A stretch of 64,000 bases of DNA from Spirochaetia bacterium UBA2205. GTDB lineage: Bacteria > Spirochaetota > UBA4802 > UB4802. The translations under genes and the position numbers were made by a program. The stretch covers positions 31,893-95,892 of the forward strand of contig DCUV01000014.1 of assembly GCA_002328585.1 (NCBI GenBank), given 5' to 3'. The stretch's first letter is position 1; the number at the start of each line of letters is the position of its first letter. Shown one piece after another: positions 50,222 through 60,927 of this stretch. The notes beneath the pieces were generated by a model, which ran no database searches, was not told where the DNA came from, and was given only the letters and a program-made list of their open reading frames with translations.

Positions 50222-51586
50222 ATGAGCCTTATGAAAAGCATCTCCGGTATCAGAGGTATTGTTGGTCAGTCTCTGACGCCTGATTTGATTACAAAGATAG
50301 CAATGGCTTTTTCCAGACATATAGGTGGCGGTACAGTAGTTGTTGGCAGGGATTCGCGCGGTAGCGGCGGTGCCATTGCCGGATGTTTTGATGCTGTTTT
50401 GTCGCTGTGTGGATGTAATGTTATTGATATTGGCATTGTTCCCACCCCAACCGTGCAGATTATGGTTGAGCATATGAAGGCAAAAGGTGGAGTGGTAATT
50501 TCAGCGTCACATAACCCCATACAGTGGAATGCCTTTAAATTGATCAACAAATCGGGAAACTTTTTTGGTCCTGACGAGATGAATGGCTTTTTGCAGCTTG
50601 TTGATGAGATATCGCCGTTTGGTGTAGCATGGAATAAGATAAAACCAATACAGTGTGATGATACTGCAAGGGATATACACATCCAGAAGGTTTTAAAAGC
50701 TATTGATGCTGATGCTATCCGAAAAAAACATTTCACGGTTGTGCTTGATTCGGTTAATGGTGCTGGTTCAATAATTACACCAGAACTGTTGAAACATTTA
50801 GGATGCAGGGTTATACCAATATATTGTGATATGCAGTCTGGAGTTTTTCCACGCGGTGCGGAACCTCTTGCTAAAAATTTAATGCAACTGGCTGATGCGG
50901 TAAAACAGCATAAAGCTGATATTGGGTTTGCTCAGGACCCGGATGCTGACAGGCTGGCGATAGTTGATGAAGATGGAAAACCCATTGGCGAGGAGCTTAC
51001 GGTGACACTGGCAGTCATGCGATGCCTTTTGAAGAAAAAAGGCTCTGTTGTGGTTAATATGTCCACCACCGGAGCGGTTGAGGATGTTGCTCATAGATTT
51101 GGTGCTACCGTATATCGTTCAAAGGTTGGTGAGATTCATGTTGTTGAGGCAATGAAAAAGCACAGGGCAGTTGTAGGCGGCGAGGGCAACGGTGGTGTTA
51201 TTGCACCAGAGGTTCACTATGGGCGCGATAGCCTTGTGGGGATTGGTTATTGCCTTGAGCTCATGGCTTTGCACAATACATCGATTTCAGAGCTTGTATC
51301 GTCCCTGCCGGCGTATTACATGATAAAGGATACAATTACTGTTGAGCAGGGAATTGATACAGGAGCTATCGAACATGAAATTACCAGCCAGTACCATGAT
51401 GAAATAATCAATACGCTTGATGGAATACGCGTCGATTTTATTCATCATAACCTCTTTAAAGGCGGGTGGGTGCACTTACGAGCTTCCAACACTGAGCCAA
51501 TTTTCAGGATTATTGCCGAAGGTAAAACAAAAGAGCAATGCAGGGCAATAATTGATACTTTCAAAACCATGACGATAACGTCATAA
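50222..51586 (+). CDS. Phosphohexomutase (PMM/PGM or GlmM-like)
   Basis: SASHNP and DPDADR motifs, GGEGNG. Confidence 0.88.
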   Translation: MSLMKSISGIRGIVGQSLTPDLITKIAMAFSRHIGGGTVVVGRDSRGSGGAIAGCFDAVLSLCGCNVIDIGIVPTPTVQIMVEHMKAKGGVVISASHNPIQWNAFKLINKSGNFFGPDEMNGFLQLVDEISPFGVAWNKIKPIQCDDTARDIHIQKVLKAIDADAIRKKHFTVVLDSVNGAGSIITPELLKHLGCRVIPIYCDMQSGVFPRGAEPLAKNLMQLADAVKQHKADIGFAQDPDADRLAIVDEDGKPIGEELTVTLAVMRCLLKKKGSVVVNMSTTGAVEDVAHRFGATVYRSKVGEIHVVEAMKKHRAVVGGEGNGGVIAPEVHYGRDSLVGIGYCLELMALHNTSISELVSSLPAYYMIKDTITVEQGIDTGAIEHEITSQYHDEIINTLDGIRVDFIHHNLFKGGWVHLRASNTEPIFRIIAEGKTKEQCRAIIDTFKTMTITS

Positions 51587-51721
51587 CTATAATTACTTGA
51601 CAAAAAATTGCCTTACTCCGTAATACTATCGCATTCAATTTTATTACCTATTATTTTGTTATTTTTGAATTTTATATTGATTGTGGTATTGTGCAATATT
51701 ATTTTATAGTGGGTTGGAAAA

Positions 51722-53494
51722 ATGTTCAAAGATAGGAGCTATTGTGGCGAATTAACGCTTGATGATGCAGGTAAACAGGTTACCCTGGCTGGTTGGGTTG
51801 ATACCAAGCGTGATTTAGGCGGCATAATTTTTATTGAGATGAGGGATGTTACGGGTATTATTCAGGTAGTTTTTGATGTGTCAAAAAATGGTGAAGCATA
51901 CCAGATAGCGGATAGAGCAAAAAGTGAGTACTGCATCTATGCGTGCGGGGTTGTTTCAAAGCGAACTGACGATACCATAAATCCCGATCTTAAAACAGGT
52001 ATGATTGAGGTTGTGGCTCATGAGGTTGTTATTTTATCCGAATCAGAGGTGCCTCCTTTCCCAATTGATGTGTATACCAACCTTAATGAAGAGGTCAGGT
52101 TGAAATATAGATTTTTAGATTTACGAAGGGCCGAAATGCAGCAGGCGATAGTTATTCGGCATAAGGTTATGCAGGCTACACGGAATTATCTTTCCAGCAA
52201 TAGATTTTTTGAAATAGAGACACCCATTTTAAATAAATCAACGCCGGAAGGTGCACGTGATTTCCTTGTACCAAGCCGCATAAATCGCGGTATGTTTTAT
52301 GCATTGCCACAATCCCCGCAGCTATTCAAGCAGATTTTGATGATATCTGGTTTTGACCGCTATTTTCAGATTGCCAGGTGTTTCCGTGATGAAGATTTAC
52401 GCAATGACCGTCAGCCTGAATTTACTCAAATTGACTGCGAGCTTTCGTTTATTACCCCACAGATCATTATGCAGGTTATTGAAGGGTTGATCAAAGAGAT
52501 GGTAAAGGTGCTGGGTAACGACATACATACACCATTCCCGGTAATGACCTATGACGAAGCGATGCAGCGGTATGGTAAAGATGCACCTGATACAAGGTTT
52601 GGGCTTGAGCTTGTTGATGTAAGCGATATCTTTGCCAGCTCTTTATTTAATGTGTTTAAGGCTTCGCTTGATAACGGCGGCATTATTAAAGCGATAGTTA
52701 TTAATGATGAAGGCAAAATTTCGCGTGCCATGATTGATGAGTACATTAACTATGTACGGACATTTAAGGCACATGGTTTGCCAAGTGTACGCTACACCGG
52801 CAGCAACTTTGAGACGGGAATAGCAAAATTTTTAAGTGATAGCGAAAAGCAAAAGCTTATTGACAGGCTTTCGTTAGATTCAAATTCGCTTATTATTTTT
52901 TCGTGCGATAAACCAAAAGTTGTCAATGATGCTCTGGGAAATTTAAGGCTTAAAATAGCACAGCAGCTCACTATGATTGACGACAATAAACTTAACTTTT
53001 TATGGGTTGTTGATTTTCCACTGCTTGAGTATAATGCTGAAGAGGGCAGATTTTATGCTATGCATCACCCTTTTACTGCTCCAAAGCCTGAGTGCGAAGC
53101 AATGCTGGACTCGTTAACACCGGATAATGTTGATATGATCAAAGCTCAGGCGTATGATGTTGTCCTTAATGGTGTTGAGATTGGTGGCGGTTCCATACGA
53201 ATTAACCGTACCATGTTGCAGAAGAAGATGTTTGGCATATTGGGGATATCAGAAGAGGACGCCAAAATTAAATTTTCATTTTTACTTGATGCATTGAAGT
53301 ATGGTGCCCCGCCCCATGGCGGTATAGCACTGGGATTGGATAGAATTTTAATGATTTTGTTAAAACGAAATTCCATACGTGATGTCATTGCATTTCCAAA
53401 GACTCAGAAAGGGCAGTGCCTGATGAGCGAAGCTCCGTCGCCAGTGAGCCACGAGCAGTTAAAGGAGCTATCCATTAAGGTGGTTGAAGTATAA
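51722..53494 (+). CDS. aspS: Aspartyl-tRNA synthetase
   Basis: ALPQSPQLFKQ, CFRDEDLR.DRQPEFTQ, PPHGGIALG.DR. Confidence 0.96.
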   Translation: MFKDRSYCGELTLDDAGKQVTLAGWVDTKRDLGGIIFIEMRDVTGIIQVVFDVSKNGEAYQIADRAKSEYCIYACGVVSKRTDDTINPDLKTGMIEVVAHEVVILSESEVPPFPIDVYTNLNEEVRLKYRFLDLRRAEMQQAIVIRHKVMQATRNYLSSNRFFEIETPILNKSTPEGARDFLVPSRINRGMFYALPQSPQLFKQILMISGFDRYFQIARCFRDEDLRNDRQPEFTQIDCELSFITPQIIMQVIEGLIKEMVKVLGNDIHTPFPVMTYDEAMQRYGKDAPDTRFGLELVDVSDIFASSLFNVFKASLDNGGIIKAIVINDEGKISRAMIDEYINYVRTFKAHGLPSVRYTGSNFETGIAKFLSDSEKQKLIDRLSLDSNSLIIFSCDKPKVVNDALGNLRLKIAQQLTMIDDNKLNFLWVVDFPLLEYNAEEGRFYAMHHPFTAPKPECEAMLDSLTPDNVDMIKAQAYDVVLNGVEIGGGSIRINRTMLQKKMFGILGISEEDAKIKFSFLLDALKYGAPPHGGIALGLDRILMILLKRNSIRDVIAFPKTQKGQCLMSEAPSPVSHEQLKELSIKVVEV

Positions 53495-54453
53495 TGGAAA
53501 ACACAAAGTTTGAAATTGATGATATATCAATCTATAAGCGTATATGCGGCTATAAGGATAAAAATATAAAAACAATTGAAAAGCTTCTGGATGTAAAGAT
53601 TATCCCGCGTGGCAATACATTGATTGTTGAAGCCTTAAATGACAATGCAGTAAAAGCGTTGCAGCTGCTTCATTGCATGGGTGATTATTTGTATATGCGC
53701 GATTCATTATATGAATTTGATGATTTTGACATTCGCTATCTGGCTCTTTCCATTAATCAGGGTATAAAAGTTGATGCTGATGAGATAAACAGGTTAAAAA
53801 TTTTTATACCTGAAACAGGCAAGACAATTGTACCCAAAACAATAAATCAAGCTCATTATATGTCGGCTATCCATAAAAGCCCAATAACCATTTCAATAGG
53901 CCCTGCCGGTACCGGTAAAACCTATTTAGCAGTAGCGGTTGGTGTTAAATTTTTATTAACAGGAAGGGTGGAACGCATCATATTAACACGTCCGGCAGTA
54001 GAAGCTGGTGAAAGCCTTGGATACTTGCCTGGTGATTTTATCCAGAAAATTAATCCGTATCTGCGTCCACTGTATGATGCTCTCTTTGATATCCTTCCTT
54101 ACGAGAGGATATCAAAATATATGGAAAAGGGGATTATTGAGATTGCACCACTGGCATATATGCGCGGAAGAACGTTGAATAAGGCATTTGTTATTCTTGA
54201 TGAGGCTCAGAATACCACCTCCTCACAGATGAAGATGTTTTTAACACGATTGGGAAACAATTCAAAGATGGTTATATCGGGTGATATTACTCAGATTGAT
54301 CTGGAAAAACCAAAACAATCAGGTTTATTAGCTGCGCAAAAAATACTGCATGGTATAGACGAGATAACCTTTATTGAATTTTTAAAAGAGGATATCTGCA
54401 GACATCCAATCGTTGAAAAGATAATTGCAGCGTATGAAAAACATACCGAATAG
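53494..54453 (+). CDS. PhoH family protein
   Basis: GPAGTGKT, RPAVEAGE.LG.LPG, APLAYMRGRTL, DEAQN. Confidence 0.93.
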   Translation: MENTKFEIDDISIYKRICGYKDKNIKTIEKLLDVKIIPRGNTLIVEALNDNAVKALQLLHCMGDYLYMRDSLYEFDDFDIRYLALSINQGIKVDADEINRLKIFIPETGKTIVPKTINQAHYMSAIHKSPITISIGPAGTGKTYLAVAVGVKFLLTGRVERIILTRPAVEAGESLGYLPGDFIQKINPYLRPLYDALFDILPYERISKYMEKGIIEIAPLAYMRGRTLNKAFVILDEAQNTTSSQMKMFLTRLGNNSKMVISGDITQIDLEKPKQSGLLAAQKILHGIDEITFIEFLKEDICRHPIVEKIIAAYEKHTE

Positions 54454-54471
54454 TATTATCTGGTTATTATT

Positions 54472-56718
54472 ATGCTAAATTCATTTATGTCATTTAAACG
54501 GGGCATAGAATTTGCTCTTAAAAAGAAAAGTATAAGACTTTCATTTATATATACTATTGTGGTCATTGTATCCGCTACCGCGCTTCTTACCATCAATAGA
54601 ACAGGTGCTACCTACAATTATGAGGCTGGTGATATAGCACGTGAGGATATCCGTGCACCAATGAATATTGAATACCCGGTTGCTTTAGAAACGGAAATAG
54701 AAAAAAGCCGTATTGCGGAATCCATGCCTGCGGTATTTGATCTCAACGAATCAATTGTAGAGGATAAGCTTAAGATATGCAATATATTGTGTGAAGCTGT
54801 CATTAAGGTTAAGCAGCAGATGCCGGATACCAATCCTTTTAAGCAGGTTTTATTGCTCAGAACCATGCTGCCCGATTATCTCCAGTATTCAGATAAGGTA
54901 TTAATTGGGCTATTGCAATATGATGAGCAGCTTTTACATAGAGACATGAATAAAGTTATTTTACAGGTTTACAATAATGGAATTCTTGAAAAGCAGTATA
55001 CAAATCCGCTTAAGCTCAAATCAAATTTTATAGTCATCCGTGTTATAGGCAATACTTCAGAATTAAAGGAAAAGCAGGTCAGTATTGATGCTCTGTATGA
55101 CATCAACAAAATTAAAACATTAGTACCGGTAATATGTAAAGAAGTATGTAATCAGCCGTCAAATGAGGTTGTATATGCTATCAGTTCCGTTGTTATAAGT
55201 TTGTTACAACCCAATCTTTTTTTTAATGAAGAAGAAACAAAGAAAAGGATAACTGATGCCATTCAATCGGTAAAACCGGTGATGCGTGTCATTAAGAAAG
55301 GACAATCAATTGCGCGTGAAGGGGATACAATCACTGAAGATGTTTTAAAAAAGATTAATATTATCAATAAAAATTCCAGGTTTTCAGGTTTCAGTTTTGT
55401 ACTGGGATTACTTCTTACCCAATTGGGTTTTCTGGTCATTTTTGGCTATTTTTTAATTACCTATTATACCAATCTGGTTGTTGACAATAAGATGCCATTG
55501 ATTGTGTTTACCCTTGTCATGGCATTTATCATTATTACTTTTTTTATGGCACGATGGCAGGGTAGAGTATTTGAAGGGCTTTTCTTTCCGCTTCTTTTGC
55601 CAATACCACTGATAACAATGATATTGGCTATAATGTACAATATCCATATTGCCATGTTAATTGGGATGTATGTTGTATTCTTTGTAGCAATTATTACAAA
55701 AGGCGATTTCACCTCATTACTGCTGGCTTTCAGTTCGGCACTTTCAGGAGTATTTGTTGTAGGTGATGTAGAGCGGCGATCAGACTTTTTACGGGGAGGA
55801 TTTACGTTAGGGCTTATTAACTCAGTGATTGTTATTTCAGTTGGTTTAATGCATGAATTATCATTTGCTATGATTCTGAATAATATAGGGCTTGCATTTG
55901 TTTCAGGAATTATCAATGCGATAGTTGTTTTTGGAGTATTTCCAATCTATGAAAATCTTTTTGGTGTTACAACAAAATTTAAGTTGCTGGAACTATCCGA
56001 TCTTAATGCACCTATTTTCAGGGAGATGCTTATAAAAGCTCCGGGAACATACAACCATTCAATCATGGTTGCAACGCTTGCTGAATCAGCATGCAAGGAG
56101 ATTGGAGCCAATGCATTGCTTGCCAGGGTCGGAGGATATTACCATGATATAGGTAAAATTCAGGATGCAAACTTTTATATTGAAAATAAGGTTACCGATC
56201 CGCGCGCTAAAAAGTTATCTGCCCTTGAGTATTGTAAATTGATAATATCGCATGTTGAGAAGGGAGTTGAATTAGCGCGCAAAAATAATCTACCCGAGAT
56301 GGTAATAGATTTTATCCGTGAACATCATGGACAAACGGTAATGACATATTTTTACCATCAGGCGCTGGAGGAGAGTGGTGCCAGTGGAGATATTATTCAG
56401 AAAAGCGATTTTCAGTATCCCGGTCCCAAACCCCATACCCGGGAAACTGCAGTTGTTATGCTTGCAGATGCAATTGAGGCTGCAACACGCTCTATTCAGG
56501 AGCCAACCATCGAAAAATTAGAATCTTTGATAAAACGAATAATCAATAACCGTTTGAACGAGGGCGATCTGGAGCGCGCTGATATTACCATGAGTGATCT
56601 TAACAGGATTCAGCATTCCATATTACAGGTATTGCAGGGAATATTCCACTCACGCATTGAATATCCAACAAACGATGAGATTAATCGATTGGAGCAACGG
56701 TCACAGTATGGGCATTAA
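54472..56718 (+). CDS. 7TM-HD (HDIG) phosphohydrolase, PgpH-like
   Basis: Large extracytoplasmic domain, TM cluster, KAPGTYNHS, YYHDIGK, EHHG, LADAIEAA. Confidence 0.88.
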   Translation: MLNSFMSFKRGIEFALKKKSIRLSFIYTIVVIVSATALLTINRTGATYNYEAGDIAREDIRAPMNIEYPVALETEIEKSRIAESMPAVFDLNESIVEDKLKICNILCEAVIKVKQQMPDTNPFKQVLLLRTMLPDYLQYSDKVLIGLLQYDEQLLHRDMNKVILQVYNNGILEKQYTNPLKLKSNFIVIRVIGNTSELKEKQVSIDALYDINKIKTLVPVICKEVCNQPSNEVVYAISSVVISLLQPNLFFNEEETKKRITDAIQSVKPVMRVIKKGQSIAREGDTITEDVLKKINIINKNSRFSGFSFVLGLLLTQLGFLVIFGYFLITYYTNLVVDNKMPLIVFTLVMAFIIITFFMARWQGRVFEGLFFPLLLPIPLITMILAIMYNIHIAMLIGMYVVFFVAIITKGDFTSLLLAFSSALSGVFVVGDVERRSDFLRGGFTLGLINSVIVISVGLMHELSFAMILNNIGLAFVSGIINAIVVFGVFPIYENLFGVTTKFKLLELSDLNAPIFREMLIKAPGTYNHSIMVATLAESACKEIGANALLARVGGYYHDIGKIQDANFYIENKVTDPRAKKLSALEYCKLIISHVEKGVELARKNNLPEMVIDFIREHHGQTVMTYFYHQALEESGASGDIIQKSDFQYPGPKPHTRETAVVMLADAIEAATRSIQEPTIEKLESLIKRIINNRLNEGDLERADITMSDLNRIQHSILQVLQGIFHSRIEYPTNDEINRLEQRSQYGH

Positions 56719-57154
56719 CGTTACTATTGAAAGTGAAGATATTTCAGTTTCCAAATATTTAAAAACATTCTGTAAAAAAAACATAACGGCTATACTACAG
56801 TATCTACATATTGATAATGTTGCTATAACACTGGTGCTTACCGGTGATGAGGCAATTGCCAGCATTAATAGTAACTATCGCAAAAAAAAAGGACCAACCG
56901 ATGTGCTTTCCTTTGCCTACCGTGAGGCACCAACACCCATGGCTGACGGTTTACCAGAATATCTTGGCGATGTAATCATATCACTTGAAACAGCACAAAA
57001 ACAGGCGCAAGAATATAATGTTCCCCTGCATGACGAAATACTCCGGCTTATAGTTCATGGCATGTTGCATCTATTGGGTTATGACCATGAGCAATATTAC
57101 AAAAAAAAACAGATGCAAAAAAAAGAAGAAGAACTGCTGCAGCATTTACGTTGA
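56708..57154 (+). CDS. ybeY: rRNA maturation RNase YbeY
   Basis: PTDVLSF, LGDVIIS, HGMLHLLGYDH; ATG 56708 preferred. Confidence 0.94.
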   Translation: MGINVTIESEDISVSKYLKTFCKKNITAILQYLHIDNVAITLVLTGDEAIASINSNYRKKKGPTDVLSFAYREAPTPMADGLPEYLGDVIISLETAQKQAQEYNVPLHDEILRLIVHGMLHLLGYDHEQYYKKKQMQKKEEELLQHLR

Positions 57155-57173
57155 TAAGCAGAAAAAAATATTT

Positions 57174-58919
57174 TTAGTCAATACTTGCGATAGTTTTTAT
57201 GGTATGCAGCAGCTCGTCGGCTAATTTGCTGTTGCAATGATTTACCTCCTGCGCTGCCTGCTTGATATCATCAACTTGCTTGCATGAGCTGAAATAAAAT
57301 TTAATCTTGGGCTCCGTGCCTGATGGACGCATGGTAACCTTTGATCCATTTTCAAGACTATATTGCAAAACATCCGATGGCGGGAGATTGGTTTTTTTAG
57401 TATCTCCCCTTGCAATGTCTACAATTCCTGCTTTGCCGTCAAGGATGGATACAACCTTTATATCAGCAAACTGCTGTGGAGGGTTGCTGCGAAAATGTTT
57501 CATGATGGTTTTTATTTTTTCTATTCCCTCCACCCCTTTTAAGGTTAGTGAAACCAATTTTTCATTATAGTAACCAAACGTAGTATAGATTTCATCCAGA
57601 AAGTCATTAAGCGTTTTGTTTTGTTTATGCAGCCAGTGTGTCATCTCGGCAAAAAAATAGCATGAGCTTACGGCATCTTTATCGCGCACAAAATCAAGCG
57701 GTAAATAACCATAGCTTTCTTCACCGCCAAAGATAAAGGTGTGTGTATGTTCATATTCCCGTATCTTCTTTGCAATCCACTTAAAACCGGTAAGGACATT
57801 TTCCATTGATACATTAAACTGATCAGCTATAGCCTGCTGCAGTTCAGTGGTAACAATGGTCTTTACCACAAAACTGTTTCGGGGTAACCTATTGTGATGC
57901 TGCCGCTGTAATAAAATATAATACAGCAGCATGCTCCCTATCTGATTGCCGTTTATTAACGTATACTCGCCATTGGTATCTTTGAATGCAACACCCATAC
58001 GGTCGGCATCGGGGTCGGTGGCAAGCACTATATCGGCATTGATGGTTTTAGCCAATGCAATTGCCATGGTAAGCGCTTCAGGTTCTTCGGGATTTGGTGA
58101 TGCAACCGTTGGGAAGTTGCCATCTGGATTTGCCTGCTTTTCCACAACATGGACATTGGTAAATCCAAACTTTTGTAAAATCATGGGTACAATTTTGTAG
58201 CCCGTGCCATGAAGCGGCGTAAAAACAATATTAATGGGCGATAGTTCCTGTGATTTGAATATAACCTTAGAAAGTTTATCTGCATAGCTATTGATTATTT
58301 CATTGCCAACCAGTTGTATCAATTTATTTCCAGCAGCCTGGTGAAAATCTATCTTTTTAATTTGCGTAATTGCATTAATTTTTTGTACCTCATCAATAAT
58401 TTCTTTATCCTGCGGAGGAACAACCTGGCCGCCATCGTTCCAGTAGACCTTATAGCCGTTGTATTCGGGAGGGTTGTGGCTTGCGGTTATAACAATACCG
58501 GAGGTTGCCTTGAAATAACGTATAGCATACGAGCAAATGGGTGTTGGCATAATATCGCTAAACAGATACACCGTAATGCCGTTAGCAGCTAAAATACTGG
58601 CTGCCTCTTTTGAAAAAACATCCGACATCCTCCGAGAGTCATAGGCTATGACAACACCCTGTGCAGCGCTCCCTTTTTGTAAAATGTAGTTGGCAAGCCC
58701 CTGTGTTGCCATACCAACGGTATAGATATTCATCCTGTTGGTACCGGCACCGATTATACCCCGCAATCCTCCTGTACCAAATTCTAAATTGGTATAGAAG
58801 CGTTCATACAGTTCTTTTTCATTGTTTTGTTGTACCAGTTGATTAATTTCATGAATGGTTTCACTATCAAACGGTGGCTGTTGCCATTGCTGTATGCGCG
58901 CTGCAATTTCGTTGTTCAT
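57174..58919 (-). CDS. pgm: Phosphoglucomutase / phospho-sugar mutase
   Basis: FGTGGLRG, TASHNP, DPDADR, GEESYG, RPSGTEPK. Confidence 0.88.
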   Translation of the reverse strand: MNNEIAARIQQWQQPPFDSETIHEINQLVQQNNEKELYERFYTNLEFGTGGLRGIIGAGTNRMNIYTVGMATQGLANYILQKGSAAQGVVIAYDSRRMSDVFSKEAASILAANGITVYLFSDIMPTPICSYAIRYFKATSGIVITASHNPPEYNGYKVYWNDGGQVVPPQDKEIIDEVQKINAITQIKKIDFHQAAGNKLIQLVGNEIINSYADKLSKVIFKSQELSPINIVFTPLHGTGYKIVPMILQKFGFTNVHVVEKQANPDGNFPTVASPNPEEPEALTMAIALAKTINADIVLATDPDADRMGVAFKDTNGEYTLINGNQIGSMLLYYILLQRQHHNRLPRNSFVVKTIVTTELQQAIADQFNVSMENVLTGFKWIAKKIREYEHTHTFIFGGEESYGYLPLDFVRDKDAVSSCYFFAEMTHWLHKQNKTLNDFLDEIYTTFGYYNEKLVSLTLKGVEGIEKIKTIMKHFRSNPPQQFADIKVVSILDGKAGIVDIARGDTKKTNLPPSDVLQYSLENGSKVTMRPSGTEPKIKFYFSSCKQVDDIKQAAQEVNHCNSKLADELLHTIKTIASID

Positions 58920-59293
58920 AAAGCTATCTCCCTGAAAATAAAAATAGTAACCTCACCCCCGGGCACTCTCCTTGACAAGACGAGGGGAGTATTGGTTATA
59001 GGTAACAAAAGCTAATAAGGGTAAACAGTGCATCATTGTAACATTGTGTTTGATGGCTGTTACGCAACCACGAACAATGACTGAGAAAAATATAAACAAC
59101 CCCATACTGCAACATAAACAGTATCATTACAATTGAAATAGCAAAATTATCAATGCTTTTTTTATAGTATTTTATAGTACAGACCAATTGATCTGTACTA
59201 TTGGTAAAAACTTTTACAACTATGAAAAAATATTTTCGTTGCAACAATGACGTGCAATAACCACAATAGAAGCACTATTATATTATTTATGAT

Positions 59294-60718
59294 ATGCAGG
59301 TTAATTTTAAATCAATGGAAACCATTGTCAATACAGTTTACAAATGCATAGTCAACAATAACCTTATCGTCCCTGGCGACAGGGTACTTGTTTCGGTGTC
59401 TGCCGGGAAGGATTCCATGGCATTGCTGCATATTCTTTTTGTATTGTGCGCAAGGCTTGATTGTACAATAGCTATCTACCATCTTGACCATGCAGTGCGA
59501 GGTGATGAATCATTTGACGACCTGCTGTTTGTGATACAGCAGGCAGCACGGTATGGTATTGGTGCATTTGTTGAACGGTATGATTTTAACCAGCATAAAG
59601 AAAAAGGCAAAAGCTTTGAGGAGCAGGCGCGTGAATACCGTTATGCCCGTTTAAAAACGGTAGCGCATGAATATGGATACACAAAGATTGCAACCGCCCA
59701 TACCTGTGACGATCAGGTTGAAACATTGATTATGCGTATATTTCAGGGAACAGGGCTGCAAGGGTTGCAGGCAATACCACTTATCAATAATACTATTATC
59801 AGGCCGCTTTTGCCGTTGCATGCTGACGATGTCTATGCATATTGTACCTATAATGAGCTGTCGTACCGCCATGATTCAACCAATGATGATACGCGTTATC
59901 TGCGAAACTTTATACGGCATGAAGTTATCCCTCTGGTTAAAAAACGGTTTACCACTTTTGATAAAGCATTGCTCAATTTGCAACAGCAGGCGCTGGGTGC
60001 CGTCAAAAGTATAGAGCAGCTTATGGCAAAGATTTATCCTGATTGTATCAAACAGGGAGACAATCATGTTGAGGTGCTTGAGGATGCTCTATCCCTCAAT
60101 GAATACTTATTTAAATTTTACTGTGCATCCATTATCAGTAACTATCTCCACAGGTATTGTGATACGGCTATGCTGGATGCGCTTTACAGGGCGCATGTAT
60201 CGGGTAAAAAAAATGTAACGCTGTTTGAGGGTAACGGTATATTTGTTTACCGGCGGGTAAAGCAATCTGGCGCAGTGTTGCTGTTTTGCTCTGACCCCAT
60301 TATGGGTGATAGTAACTATGAATATACAATTCCGCTGGGGAAAAATGTTTATATTGATGAATTGGGCTTAACCATACAGTGCTCTGTTACAGAGCCAACT
60401 GATGCTATACCATACACAGAAAGTAAAACGATAGTGTTGCGCTACACCGGATATAGTAATATCGTTGTCAGAAACAGACGCAGTGGTGATACGATTTTCC
60501 GAAAAGCAGGGAAACGCACGCTGAAGCGTTTATATATTGATTATAAGCTTACGCCTGAACAAAAGCAAAAGCTACCAATTATTGTCATTGATAACTGTGT
60601 GGCTGTGATATTGTTTGATACAATAATTTCCAAAAAACCAGAGATTTCACAAACTTTTTTGACATTGCCGCATGAAAAAATGCTTGTTATTCACTATTGG
60701 TATAATCATAATGATTAA
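59294..60718 (+). CDS. tilS: tRNA(Ile)-lysidine synthetase
   Basis: SAGKDS, TAHTCDDQVET, RPLL, DSTN...RNFIR; upstream of ftsH. Confidence 0.92.
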   Translation: MQVNFKSMETIVNTVYKCIVNNNLIVPGDRVLVSVSAGKDSMALLHILFVLCARLDCTIAIYHLDHAVRGDESFDDLLFVIQQAARYGIGAFVERYDFNQHKEKGKSFEEQAREYRYARLKTVAHEYGYTKIATAHTCDDQVETLIMRIFQGTGLQGLQAIPLINNTIIRPLLPLHADDVYAYCTYNELSYRHDSTNDDTRYLRNFIRHEVIPLVKKRFTTFDKALLNLQQQALGAVKSIEQLMAKIYPDCIKQGDNHVEVLEDALSLNEYLFKFYCASIISNYLHRYCDTAMLDALYRAHVSGKKNVTLFEGNGIFVYRRVKQSGAVLLFCSDPIMGDSNYEYTIPLGKNVYIDELGLTIQCSVTEPTDAIPYTESKTIVLRYTGYSNIVVRNRRSGDTIFRKAGKRTLKRLYIDYKLTPEQKQKLPIIVIDNCVAVILFDTIISKKPEISQTFLTLPHEKMLVIHYWYNHND

Positions 60719-60927
60719 ATAACACCTACTCGTTACGATGTCGTAACATCGTCTGATGCCATATATATATTTTTTCTGTAAACGATATAGCTAAATCATA
60801 CAGAAAAGTTATAGTGGGTGGAATAATTTATTTGAGTATTTCCATAATTGTAGTATCTTGTAAGTGAATACTACAATTGATACTATGACTTCTTAAACAG
60901 TAGTGATAATTACTACAGGAGATTATA

